Positions 1 through 9,133 of a DNA stretch of 32,000 nt are shown here, piece by piece. A program made the translations under genes and the position numbers. The stretch spans positions 630,001 to 662,000 of the forward strand of contig NC_018655.1 in assembly GCF_000299365.1 (NCBI RefSeq), read 5' to 3'. Positions within the stretch are counted from its first letter, which is position 1. Every line of letters starts with the position of its first letter. The stretch is from Candidatus Nitrosopumilus koreensis AR1 (lineage in GTDB: Archaea; Thermoproteota; Nitrososphaeria; Nitrososphaerales; Nitrosopumilaceae). The notes beneath the pieces were generated by a model, which was given only the letters and a program-made list of their open reading frames with translations, did not search any database and had not been told where the DNA came from.

Positions 1-140
1 TCTTGAAATGTCTCTACTGGAATGGCAATTATTGCAATAATTGATGTTGCAACAAGAATGATTAGAATAGAAATTCCGGCAATTCCTATTTTGCTTCTAA
101 GAAACTCTTCTTTGATTTCTTGTGGGGTGATACTGCTCAT
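1..140 (-). CDS. ABC transporter permease, DppC/OppC-like (N-terminus only, continues off the left edge)
   Basis: Reverse complement reads MSSITPQEIKEEFLRSKIGIAGISILIIL..., a typical N-terminus with one TM helix. Its ATG overlaps the stop of the upstream permease gene (ATGA overlap). Confidence 0.75.
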   Translation of the reverse strand, partial: MSSITPQEIKEEFLRSKIGIAGISILIILVATSIIAIIAIPVETFQ

Positions 141-1192
141 GAACCTGTTCTCACCCTTGGATCAAAGTATCCGTACAGCAAGTCTGCAATGAATATGCTC
201 ACTAGGAAAAATACTGTTAGAATGTATGTTGCTCCAATAATTACAGGCAAGTCCATGACTGTTATTGCCTCAAAGTACAATCTTCCCATTCCTGGCCAGT
301 CAAATACAGCTTCAGTAATAATTGCCCCTCCTAGAGAACCTGAAAGACTCAGAGCTAAAATCGTAACAATTGGTGGTGCTGCATTTTTTAATGCATGTGT
401 GTAGATTATCTTTTTTTGTTTAATACCAATTGTCTTTTTTGCCATTATGAAGTCTTCTTGCATTATTCCCACCATGAAGTTTCTTACAAGATATGCCCAG
501 GACCCAAATCCTATCATTACAATTGTGATTAACGGCAATGCCATGTGGTACAACAATGAACCAATGTATCCTGGATCTGATGATGGAATGTCTGGTGTTG
601 CCCTTGCTGGAAATATCTGGTATGTAAAGGCAAACAAAAATATCATTAGCATTCCTATCCACCAAACAGGAAAACTGGAACTGATAATTGCAAAACTTGA
701 TGTGATTCTGTCTATGACAGAGCCAACCTTGTTTGCAGATAATGCTCCTATGAATATCCCAATTATTGAAATTATTATTGTAGCTGTTGTAAATAGAAGA
801 ATTGTTCGTGGAAGTTTCTCAAATATGATGTCCTTTACATCTGATGATCCTTCGTCACTGGTAAGAAAAGTGGCATGACCAAAATCAAGCAATAAAATTT
901 TGTACATTGTAATTCCTATTCTTTGAGGTGAATACCACGGCTCATCTAACCCTAAAATTTTGATTCTTTGGTCGATTTGACTTTGTATGAATCCTTCAAA
1001 CTCATCAACTGATGAAAAACTTTCTGCAATGGCAGGATTCTCTGTTATCTCTGATCTGACCTGAAACACTATTCCCTGTTTGAGGATGGTGTCCATGTTT
1101 GAGCCAACTAGTGCAATTGTGATTAGCAGTGTAATCATTAAAACTCCAAACATTGTTGCCAACCGTGTTGCAACATATCTTTTCATGCTCAA
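137..1192 (-). CDS. Dipeptide/oligopeptide ABC transporter permease, DppB/OppB-like
   Basis: 351 aa multi-TM protein with GxxxxxxxRxxR...YVLTARAKG-like architecture (GSWAYLVRNFMVGIMQEDFIMAKKTIG; ENP/NAAPPIVT; GLGRLYFEA-like GMGRLYFEA). Confidence 0.9.
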   Translation of the reverse strand: MSMKRYVATRLATMFGVLMITLLITIALVGSNMDTILKQGIVFQVRSEITENPAIAESFSSVDEFEGFIQSQIDQRIKILGLDEPWYSPQRIGITMYKILLLDFGHATFLTSDEGSSDVKDIIFEKLPRTILLFTTATIIISIIGIFIGALSANKVGSVIDRITSSFAIISSSFPVWWIGMLMIFLFAFTYQIFPARATPDIPSSDPGYIGSLLYHMALPLITIVMIGFGSWAYLVRNFMVGIMQEDFIMAKKTIGIKQKKIIYTHALKNAAPPIVTILALSLSGSLGGAIITEAVFDWPGMGRLYFEAITVMDLPVIIGATYILTVFFLVSIFIADLLYGYFDPRVRTGS

Positions 1193-1386
1193 TAAGACAA
1201 AATACGAAAATCAGTTTATAATCATTTGAAATGAGTAAAATAGTTTGACGAGAGTGAAACGAACTCTAGGCACAATTCCGGGCAGAAAAGCAGTCTCTCG
1301 TCATTATAGTATAGTAGTAAAGTTATTTAAGAATTTATGAACATATTATTCTAAAAAATTATAATTTGGAACCCTGCTGGTAAAAT

Positions 1387-1686
1387 ATGGTAAATAGCGG
1401 CAAGAATCATTTCTTTGATCCTGATGAACTGGCACTGACAAAACCTGAAATTCTGGAATTTTGTGATAAGGTTATTAAAAAATGGAGCAAAAACCCTTCA
1501 AAAAACGCCAAGAACATCATTGCAATGAATGCAGTAAAGGCTAGCGTCTTGTGGACTGACGATGAATCTCTCAAAGCTATTTGGAGTGAAATTATTTTGT
1601 GGACATCTGAGCTTCTTTATGAGAATGCATTGGCACAAGATAACGAGTGGGCAAACATGCTAAAAAAATTAAAGAATAAAAAATGA
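1387..1686 (+). CDS. Conserved hypothetical protein, 99 aa
   Basis: Intact ORF with coherent composition and position between other genes. Confidence 0.6.
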   Translation: MVNSGKNHFFDPDELALTKPEILEFCDKVIKKWSKNPSKNAKNIIAMNAVKASVLWTDDESLKAIWSEIILWTSELLYENALAQDNEWANMLKKLKNKK

Positions 1687-1705
1687 CTTTGATCATACTA
1701 TTACA

Positions 1706-1948
1706 ATGAGCGCAAATACAATTAGAAAAGCCAAAAAACTAGTTGAAAGTGGTGGTGTTTCAAAGATTGACGATGATCTTTTTCAAATAAAATCTTCATC
1801 TGATCCCGACAAATCCTATTTTGTTACATCTGATACTTGTGAATGTCCTGGTTTCAAAAATTTTTACAAATTCCATCATGGAAAGGGACTAAAAGCAAAT
1901 TGCTCTCACTTGGAAGCAATACGAATATTCAAAAAAGAAAACTCTTAA
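1706..1948 (+). CDS. SWIM-type zinc-finger small protein
   Basis: CECPGF...(n)...NCSHLEA matches the CxC...CxH SWIM pattern. Confidence 0.7.
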   Translation: MSANTIRKAKKLVESGGVSKIDDDLFQIKSSSDPDKSYFVTSDTCECPGFKNFYKFHHGKGLKANCSHLEAIRIFKKENS

Positions 1949-1950
1949 AA

Positions 1951-2286
1951 TTATTTTATTTTAGATGCATCAACTTTTCCAACATATGCCTTGTTTTTTG
2001 ATATGATGATTGGTCTTAAGATCAACCCTGGATGTTTGACCATCAATTTGATAATCTGAGTGTCTGTCTTTTTGTTTTTCTCCAAGTCTAGTTCTTTGTA
2101 CATCTTGTCTCGTTTTCTTAAAAGCTCATATGGCTTTTTTCCAGTCAATTTTATGATTTTTTTTAGTTCTGCCTCTGAAAATGGATCTTTGAAAAAATCT
2201 CTTTTCTCAATATCTGCACTCATCCTTTCAATTTCTGATATTGTTTTTTTGCATGTAATACACGTGGATTTGTGAAATATCTCCAT
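1951..2286 (-). CDS. ArsC/Spx-family protein (thioredoxin-fold arsenate reductase-like)
   Basis: MEIFHKSTCITCKKTISEIE..., KKPYELLRKRDKMYKEL, HPGLILRPIII: ArsC family architecture. Confidence 0.85.
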   Translation of the reverse strand: MEIFHKSTCITCKKTISEIERMSADIEKRDFFKDPFSEAELKKIIKLTGKKPYELLRKRDKMYKELDLEKNKKTDTQIIKLMVKHPGLILRPIIISKNKAYVGKVDASKIK

Positions 2287-2310
2287 TCTGAGACTAATTT
2301 ATTGATATGA

Positions 2311-2508
2311 TTAAAAATTGTTTAGAAAAAATTTGGTGCTGTTATGCACAGCAAATTGATTTTTTAAAATCTTCGGAATTTCTTTCAAAATTACATTCTT
2401 TGCACACTTGCCAACTTCTTTTTTTAACAACGAAAATGCTGATTCATAGCGAACCGAATACATTTTTCCACCACAAGTTGGACATGGTAATGGAATATCT
2501 ATTTTCAT
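2311..2508 (-). CDS. Small zinc-ribbon-like hypothetical protein, 65 aa
   Basis: CPTCGGKMY motif near the N-terminus plus a downstream Cys. Confidence 0.45.
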   Translation of the reverse strand: MKIDIPLPCPTCGGKMYSVRYESAFSLLKKEVGKCAKNVILKEIPKILKNQFAVHNSTKFFLNNF

Positions 2509-2553
2509 AAATAATGTTGGTGAATTTGAAATATAAGGCGCACGTAGAATTTA

Positions 2554-3504
2554 TCAATCGTTCTTTTCTTCAGATGCTTCTGTTTCATCCTCAGATGCTT
2601 CTGTTTCATTTTCAGTTGTTTCTTCTACTTTGTTTTCCATCTCTTCTAATTTTTCATTATTGAATTGCTCTAATTTCTCTTTTGGAATTGTCAACATTTC
2701 CAAGTATGCCTTTTGAGCTTCTTCGTATGTTCCACCTTCTGCTAAAATTTGTATTCTTACTTTTTGAGCTTCTTCAAACAAATTCTTTGTAAAGTTTAAC
2801 TGGCTAGATACAAGATCCTTTATCTTGGGATTTAGGCTGTTTACATAGTTGTCATATTTGTATCCAGTAAATACGCCATAACCTGGCTTGAATTCTTCAA
2901 CTGCCTGCTCTTTGGCATCATCTGCAATGGCTCTTTGCTCTTCTAAATACAATTCATCTGCAATTGGCTCTAGTGATTTTTTATCTTCTAATAGTAGTTG
3001 TTTTAATAATCCATGGTAATACTTGAATAGAGTTTGACCTATTGGGTCCTTTTCAAAATCTGATTCATTTGAACTAAGATACTTTGCTGCTTGTTCTGTG
3101 TTTAGTTTTGCCTGAAGTAATGATACAGGTGAGAAATCTCCTTTGACTTGGAATTGTGTTGTTTCTAATCCTGTCATTGCATACCATGTTGCAATTGCAT
3201 TAACAGTATAAGTTCCTGGAACTTTATCAAAGTCTCTAAACTCTGCTCTAAAAACTCCCCATGGGTCAGTGAATGCTTTTGTTGTCTCAGAACCTGTTCT
3301 AAGTAGCACTTCTGCACCTTGAATGGGCTTGTATGCATGGTCTACTACCTTGCCTGTTATTACTACTGTCTCTCCTGAGACTATGGCTCCTTTCTCTACA
3401 TTGAGGTCTATGATTAACTCCCATAATTCAGCCTCAGATGTCTGGACATATGAAAATAACATCAAAAATGAAAATATTCCTACTATTCCTGCTTTTTTGT
3501 ACAC
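2554..3504 (-). CDS. Secreted protein with Ig-like/carboxypeptidase-regulatory-like domain and acidic C-terminus
   Basis: N-terminal signal peptide (IVGIFSFLMLFSYVQTSEA); beta-rich repeat 'GETVVITGKVVDHAYKPIQGAEVLLRTGSE'; coiled, Glu-rich tail. Confidence 0.7.
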   Translation of the reverse strand: MYKKAGIVGIFSFLMLFSYVQTSEAELWELIIDLNVEKGAIVSGETVVITGKVVDHAYKPIQGAEVLLRTGSETTKAFTDPWGVFRAEFRDFDKVPGTYTVNAIATWYAMTGLETTQFQVKGDFSPVSLLQAKLNTEQAAKYLSSNESDFEKDPIGQTLFKYYHGLLKQLLLEDKKSLEPIADELYLEEQRAIADDAKEQAVEEFKPGYGVFTGYKYDNYVNSLNPKIKDLVSSQLNFTKNLFEEAQKVRIQILAEGGTYEEAQKAYLEMLTIPKEKLEQFNNEKLEEMENKVEETTENETEASEDETEASEEKND

Positions 3505-3656
3505 TTGATGTTATGATTATTTTTGTTGTTAAGACAAAGTATGAATAAAAATTCGCTAATTTTCAATTTTATTTGATTAATCTTGACCTATTTTGTATGT
3601 GTTGGACTATAGTTTCAGACTGTTCTTAAACCCCCAAATTTATCTAATCTTGAATT

Positions 3657-4316
3657 ATGGATTTAGAAAAATTCCGCAATGACGTGTATGCCATGACTGA
3701 GAAACTGTCAGCAAATCTGGAGCAAAAAGACCGCCCCAAACTAAACCATGTAAGACAGCAACTAATTGAAATGTATCAAAAAAATCTCGTTAAAATCAAT
3801 CATTCTATTTTGGAGTTAATCTGTGCCAGCAATCTCATCTCACGCGGTTATGATGTAGATGTTGAAAAAGAGATTTCAAAAATTCTAGTCTGTGATATTT
3901 TTGCAAAAAAAGGCGGAGGTAACACTGTCATTGAGATTGAAACTGGATTTACTCCACCAGAACATGCCATGGATACTATAGATTATTTTACTGCAAGAAT
4001 AATGAGTAAGATTGCAAGATATAGTCAGCACTGCTCAAAGTTTTCATTAGCTAGTCCTGCAACTGGAATCTTGCCTATTCCAAAAATTTTCTTACTTCCG
4101 CCTAATGCCAGAAAAAAAGAAGATATCCAAAAAGTAAAAGATTTGTGCGATCGATACTACAAGAATCCTCCTATAGAATACGATGATATTTTGAATGCAC
4201 ACTTGCATTCTATCTATCTTATCAACATTGACGGTGGATTTGTAACTGAATTAGATCCACAAGGATATGTTGATTTGACAACTGATCTGCTACGTAGAAG
4301 CGATATAGAATACTAG
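3657..4316 (+). CDS. Conserved hypothetical protein, 219 aa (possible restriction-endonuclease-like fold)
   Basis: Intact ORF. Segment 'RGYDVDVEKEISKILVCDIFAKKGGGNTVIEIETGF' resembles a PD-(D/E)xK core (D...ExE); the fold is inference. Confidence 0.6.
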   Translation: MDLEKFRNDVYAMTEKLSANLEQKDRPKLNHVRQQLIEMYQKNLVKINHSILELICASNLISRGYDVDVEKEISKILVCDIFAKKGGGNTVIEIETGFTPPEHAMDTIDYFTARIMSKIARYSQHCSKFSLASPATGILPIPKIFLLPPNARKKEDIQKVKDLCDRYYKNPPIEYDDILNAHLHSIYLINIDGGFVTELDPQGYVDLTTDLLRRSDIEY

Positions 4317-4368
4317 GTGACAAAAATAAGAAAAAATTCAAATTCATCTGATTATTATCCCTAGTAAG

Positions 4369-4503
4369 ATGATATGTGCTGCATGTGAGACACGAAAGCA
4401 TTTTGAATGCATTGATTGCATGAATAATCACAAAACTCACCTATGCTCTTGTGATTGTCATGATGAAAACACAGAACCTCATCCTGTAGGAAATTCTCAC
4501 TAG
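4369..4503 (+). CDS. 44-aa Cys-rich putative zinc-binding protein (not in ORF track)
   Basis: Direct translation: MICAACETRKHFECIDCMNNHKTHLCSCDCHDENTEPHPVGNSH*. CxxC, CxxC and CxCxC clusters; stop is 3 nt before the convergent PAC2-family stop. Confidence 0.6.
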   Translation: MICAACETRKHFECIDCMNNHKTHLCSCDCHDENTEPHPVGNSH

Positions 4504-4505
4504 GA

Positions 4506-5219
4506 TTAATTTTTGAATTTTCTTTCAATTTCTTGAGCCATAATCTCCAGTCTACTTGTATCTCCAAATTTCCTGTAGGTTAGTTTCTCAAGGGTTTTGA
4601 TGATGCTGATTGCTGCCCTGTATTGGGGTATTTCAGGCTCATTTAATTCCCCATACATGCCGATCCCATGAATTCCGTTCTTTTTTGCAAATCCCAAAAT
4701 CAATCCGTTAAAACCTGTAATGATTGATTTTTGTGGCGTAATGTCCACTCCCAATCCTTTCATCTGTTTTGTTAGTTCTTGTGATGTTGTAGTGATGTAT
4801 GTCCTGGGATTGTTGTCAATCATTCTGTTTGTGTGAAATCCACCTAACGTGTAAATGAATTTGGCAGAATACTTTTTTGCCACATCTATGACGTCTTGGC
4901 ATAGTTCGTTTAGTTCACTAGTGCTTTGTGGTTGCCCTTTGCCTCCACCAAAAACAATCAGGTCTTCGGTGAACTTGTATTCCCAACTCTCATCTGGAAG
5001 ATCAATGTATCCTCCTCTATCCACTACATATGTTGGAAATGGAGTTTTTGAAATTCTAAATGTTTTTGTCCTAAGTGATTCATTGATGAAGTTTATCACA
5101 ATGTTGCCAACATTTCCCATGTCTTGCATAGCTGCAATTAGTATTGGTTTTTCAACATTTGGCTCTTCATCTTGTTTGAATTCCATGTTTTCATTACAAA
5201 TCTCATGAACTTTAAACAT
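4506..5219 (-). CDS. PAC2-family (proteasome assembly chaperone-like) protein
   Basis: PKPILIAAMQDMGNVGNIVINFI..., YTLGGFHT, GITGFNGLILGFAKKNGIHGIGMYGE: archaeal PAC2 family signatures. Confidence 0.8.
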   Translation of the reverse strand: MFKVHEICNENMEFKQDEEPNVEKPILIAAMQDMGNVGNIVINFINESLRTKTFRISKTPFPTYVVDRGGYIDLPDESWEYKFTEDLIVFGGGKGQPQSTSELNELCQDVIDVAKKYSAKFIYTLGGFHTNRMIDNNPRTYITTTSQELTKQMKGLGVDITPQKSIITGFNGLILGFAKKNGIHGIGMYGELNEPEIPQYRAAISIIKTLEKLTYRKFGDTSRLEIMAQEIERKFKN

Positions 5220-5463
5220 ATACTGATTTGAATGGGTTATTTTTTTCTGATGTGTAGATTTGCAATTTCATTAATTTTTGTATATGCCGTTTTTTTGAAA
5301 ATTTGAGTTTACGCTCAAAACTGATCAAAACTCAAACAATGATTTTTTTCTATAACCTAAAAACGCTATCATATTTTAACTATTGGAGATTATTGCCTCT
5401 CTTTTTAATGATCGAGAAAAATATGAAGATTCATAAGGCAAAAAAACTTTCTATCGACAAATT

Positions 5464-7188
5464 ATGGAAACATCCATGGAAAACATTGGTACCCTCGAGT
5501 ATGTTCTTGACAAATACTCCAAAGTTTGGTGCTGGAAGATAACTGGTGAGCGTGCTGTGAGCATGATCTCTCGATTGGTGCCTGAGGCATGGTATGGTGA
5601 AAATGTCAATGAGGTGATAGTTACTGACAACACTGAAAATGTAAAACAGATCAAACTGATCCTTGATAGGTATCCTTTAGAGATTTTATCTAAAACCACC
5701 TGGCAGCGAAAAATCATCAAAACATATGCTCCAAAGCCAACTTTGCCTCCTGTTAAGCACAAGCTAAAGAGAGCAAAAACTGGGGAGCAATTCCGAGGAA
5801 AGTTGTTAAACTTCCAAAAAGAGGGACTAGATTTTCTGATGAAATCCTCTGGTAATGCATTACTAGCTGATGAGATGGGTCTTGGAAAAACTGTTCAGAC
5901 ATTATCTTATGTTGCTACTGAAAAACAGACGTTTCCTGTATTGGTTGTCGCTCCATTAGTCACATTAAACAATTGGGAAAGGGAGATTGAAAAATTCCTC
6001 AAGAAAAAAAGCAGAAACGGAAGAATAGTTGAAAATGAATCTCCTAGCGTCACTTTGATTCGTACTGGAAAACGAAAAGAACTTCCAAAAAGTGATATCT
6101 ATGTAATAAATTATGAATTACTTTTCAAACGTTATGATGATTTGGCAAACGTCGGAATCAAGACAATTGTTTGCGATGAAGTACACAACTTGAGGTCCAA
6201 AACAACTCAGAAATACAAATCAATAAAAAAACTGGCTGCACTACCTTCTGTGTCTTACAGGATTGGTCTTTCTGGTACTCCAATTTACAATCGAGGTTCT
6301 GAAATATGGCCAATCGTTGACATTTTAAAACCTGGACTTTTGGGAAACTTTAAGGAATTTTGTGAATACTTTTGCTATGTTAATGAAAAAGGAAAAGCAA
6401 TCGTACTTGAAAACAAACGTGCATCATTGAGAAATGAGTTGCAAAAACATGTTATGCTTCGACGAAAAAAATCTGATGTACTAAAAGAACTCAAAGATAA
6501 GGTTCGCTACAAGGAAGTCATTGCTGCAGACACTGATTACTATCTTGAGGAATTAGATAAAATCTGGAAGAAACTAGAAGAAGAGCAAAAAGATGCTGAC
6601 TCTGAGTTTTCAAAATCTGCCTCATACCATCGTGCCATCCAAAGTGAAAGGCAAATTGCAGGACTGGCAAAACTTCCACACGTAATTAATTTTGTAAAAA
6701 ACATTATGGAGATAGAGGAAAGCGTTGTTGTATTTTGTCATCATAAGGTAATTCACAAGTTGCTTCATGAAAGCCTTCAAGAGTTCGCCCCAGTATCTAT
6801 TATTGGTGGGCAGTCTGATTCTGTAAGACAAGACCAGATAGACAAATTCCAAAAAGGCGAATCAAAACTAATGATTGCAGGAATTCGCGCAGGAAACGTC
6901 GGTATCAATCTTACTAAAGCAAAATACGTTATCTTTGCAGAACTTGATTGGAGCCCTGCAATACATAGACAGGCAGAAGACAGACTCCATAGAATAGGTC
7001 AAAAAAATACCGTATTTGCATATTATCTGATTGGAAATGGCACCCTAGATGATCATGTCGCAGATGTTCTAGTTGACAAAAGCTACGAAATTGATGAAAT
7101 TATGGATGAGAGCGCTGAAAACTTTGAAAACAAGGACAAGGCAAAACTCATTCTTGCACAAATACAAGACAAAATACGTGCAAAATAG
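5464..7188 (+). CDS. SNF2-family DEAD/DEAH-like helicase/ATPase
   Basis: Motifs LADEMGLGKT (I), CDEVHNLRS (II), GLSGTPIYN (III), AGIRAGNVGINLTKA and HRQAEDRLHRIGQ (V/VI). Confidence 0.95.
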   Translation: METSMENIGTLEYVLDKYSKVWCWKITGERAVSMISRLVPEAWYGENVNEVIVTDNTENVKQIKLILDRYPLEILSKTTWQRKIIKTYAPKPTLPPVKHKLKRAKTGEQFRGKLLNFQKEGLDFLMKSSGNALLADEMGLGKTVQTLSYVATEKQTFPVLVVAPLVTLNNWEREIEKFLKKKSRNGRIVENESPSVTLIRTGKRKELPKSDIYVINYELLFKRYDDLANVGIKTIVCDEVHNLRSKTTQKYKSIKKLAALPSVSYRIGLSGTPIYNRGSEIWPIVDILKPGLLGNFKEFCEYFCYVNEKGKAIVLENKRASLRNELQKHVMLRRKKSDVLKELKDKVRYKEVIAADTDYYLEELDKIWKKLEEEQKDADSEFSKSASYHRAIQSERQIAGLAKLPHVINFVKNIMEIEESVVVFCHHKVIHKLLHESLQEFAPVSIIGGQSDSVRQDQIDKFQKGESKLMIAGIRAGNVGINLTKAKYVIFAELDWSPAIHRQAEDRLHRIGQKNTVFAYYLIGNGTLDDHVADVLVDKSYEIDEIMDESAENFENKDKAKLILAQIQDKIRAK

Positions 7189-7189
7189 T

Positions 7190-7804
7190 CTAAATGTCTA
7201 ATTTCTTTTTTAGTGCTGATAACTTTTCAACAATGTTTGTTTTCTTGTCTGGTTCTATTGATGAATCCTGAATCTCTTTTACTACTTCATCTATAATACT
7301 TAGAATCTCAACTTCTTGTGCTACTTGTCCGAACTTTATTTTATCAAACCCTTCTGTCTCTGTTTTATCAATCTCTTCTATTCCCTCTGGCAGTATTTCA
7401 TACATTTTGATAATTTTTTCATCTTGTCTTTGCGGTGACATTAAGACAAATTGATTTTGTCTTAGCTTTTCTACTTGCTCTGAGATTTCACTTTCAGGCA
7501 ATCTTAGAATGTCAATAATCTGCTCCATACTGCATGATCTAATCTGTAAAAGGCGTAAAATCTTGGCCCAAATAGGAATGTCTTTTCCCCAAAGAATCTC
7601 TTTTGCAACAGGAGTAATTGAAAAAGACCCGTCACTATTTAGTGAAATGAATTTTCTGTCTTTTAGTGAACCTAGGGTATCTAGGATTTTGCCTACGCCC
7701 AGTCGTTTTAGTTCAGAGTTTTCAAGATTTGTTTCATTAAATGTGCCGTTCTCTTTTACTGCCAAATGTAAAATTTCTAAATCAATTGTTCCTAGTTTTC
7801 TCAT
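7190..7804 (-). CDS. Putative winged-helix domain protein, 204 aa
   Basis: Helical ORF with HTH-like segments (CSMEQIIDILRLPESEISEQVEKLRQNQFV) and a converging stop with the SNF2 gene. Confidence 0.6.
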   Translation of the reverse strand: MRKLGTIDLEILHLAVKENGTFNETNLENSELKRLGVGKILDTLGSLKDRKFISLNSDGSFSITPVAKEILWGKDIPIWAKILRLLQIRSCSMEQIIDILRLPESEISEQVEKLRQNQFVLMSPQRQDEKIIKMYEILPEGIEEIDKTETEGFDKIKFGQVAQEVEILSIIDEVVKEIQDSSIEPDKKTNIVEKLSALKKKLDI

Positions 7805-7835
7805 AATTTTTTCACCTTTTCAACTCTTATCATCT

Positions 7836-8399
7836 TTACTGTGAAATCTCTTTTTGAATTTGCTCTAGCGACTCTTTTATTTTTTTTAGATTTGAAAAAT
7901 TTGTTTCAACCCATTTCTGATAATTCTCTATTGAACCTAGTTTAAAATCTGAATCTGTAATTTGGTTTGCTAAAAACCATGTCTCTCTGTATGCAAAGAT
8001 AATTTTTCCAACAAGCAACTCCTCTTTATTGAGAAACATCTGCATTACTTGCTTTGATTTTTCATGATATTCGTGCTCTTTTGGAATGATTCTTTGAAAC
8101 TCTTTTTGTAACTCGTGAAATCTTTGAAATATTTGGTTGCTTGTTCTTCTCATCTTTCTTATTTTCTCCTCATAGTTTTCTAAAAATTCACTTGCCCATA
8201 CTTGCGATTCATTTTTGTTTGAAAAATTCACCATCTGTGTTTTTTCTATCTCGCTAATTACTTCTGAAATGACATCCAAATGCCATTTGAAAAACTCTTG
8301 TAATGTATTTGCATTGTTTATTTTTTCAGAGACCCATGAAAAAAACAAATTTGTTTTTTTATCCTCTGAAAAAACTTGTGTTATCTTTGGATGAATCAC
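7836..8399 (-). CDS. Helical hypothetical protein, 187 aa
   Basis: Intact ORF, strongly helical and charged, same strand as and just upstream of the neighbouring ORF. Confidence 0.55.
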   Translation of the reverse strand: MIHPKITQVFSEDKKTNLFFSWVSEKINNANTLQEFFKWHLDVISEVISEIEKTQMVNFSNKNESQVWASEFLENYEEKIRKMRRTSNQIFQRFHELQKEFQRIIPKEHEYHEKSKQVMQMFLNKEELLVGKIIFAYRETWFLANQITDSDFKLGSIENYQKWVETNFSNLKKIKESLEQIQKEISQ

Positions 8400-8476
8400 A
8401 CTTTAACCAAACTTGATTTTGAATAAAAACTTGGTTTTTTCTTGAAGATTATATTGTAGATGCATCTTGGTTATTC

Positions 8477-9100
8477 ATGGTTCGATATGAATTACCTAGA
8501 CTGCCTTATGATTATGATGAATTAGAGCCATACATTGATGCTCAAACAATGAAAATACATCATCAAAAACATCATCAGTCATACGTTGATGGATTGAATA
8601 AATCCCTTGAAGAAATTGGCAGTGCGTCTCATCCTCAATACATCACATCTGTTCTATCTGATCTGAGCTTGATTCCAGAGTCTGGAAGAAATAAAATTAA
8701 TTTTTTTGGAGGTGGATTTGAGAATCATAGATTGTTCTGGGAAACAATGAATCCTAATGGTGGTGGCTCTCCTGGTGGCAAAATAGAAGATGCAATAGAT
8801 GTCTATTATGATAGTTTTGAGAATTTTAAAAAACAATTTTCAGAGACTGCCATTGGAATCCAAGGTAGTGGGTGGTGTTGGCTGGTCTTTAATTCGACCT
8901 ACAACAAAATAGAGATACTCACTACTGAGAACCAAACAAGTCCTTGGACTCTGCAAAAGATGCCTCTCCTTGGACTGGATGTGTGGGAGCATGCTTACTA
9001 TCTGAAATACCAAAACAAAAGACCCGAATATGTTAAAGAATGGTGGAATGTTGTCAATTGGGATTATGTTGAGAACCGTTTCTCTGAGATTTCAGTATAA
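8477..9100 (+). CDS. Superoxide dismutase (Fe/Mn family)
   Basis: YELPRLPYDYDELEPYIDAQTMKIHHQKHHQSYVDGLN, NHRLFWETMNPNGGG, GSGWCWLV, DVWEHAYYLKYQNKRPEYV. Confidence 0.95.
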   Translation: MVRYELPRLPYDYDELEPYIDAQTMKIHHQKHHQSYVDGLNKSLEEIGSASHPQYITSVLSDLSLIPESGRNKINFFGGGFENHRLFWETMNPNGGGSPGGKIEDAIDVYYDSFENFKKQFSETAIGIQGSGWCWLVFNSTYNKIEILTTENQTSPWTLQKMPLLGLDVWEHAYYLKYQNKRPEYVKEWWNVVNWDYVENRFSEISV

Positions 9101-9133
9101 TTTGGACAAATTCTTTTAAAGAAATTTGAGTTT

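Noticed and set aside
1200-1386. Possible tRNA or ncRNA in the gap after dppB
   Set aside because: No cloverleaf or box motifs could be recognised by eye.
4361-4567. Minus-strand 68-aa ORF
   Set aside because: It overlaps the PAC2 gene 3' end and the Cys-rich plus-strand ORF, whose metal-ligand clusters are more convincing.
5303-5542. 79-aa ORF overlapping the SNF2 start as a possible N-terminal extension (MKIHKAKKLSIDKLWKHPWKT...)
   Set aside because: It would need another -1 shift near 5480. The SNF2 ORF has its own plausible ATG at 5464, so evidence is insufficient.
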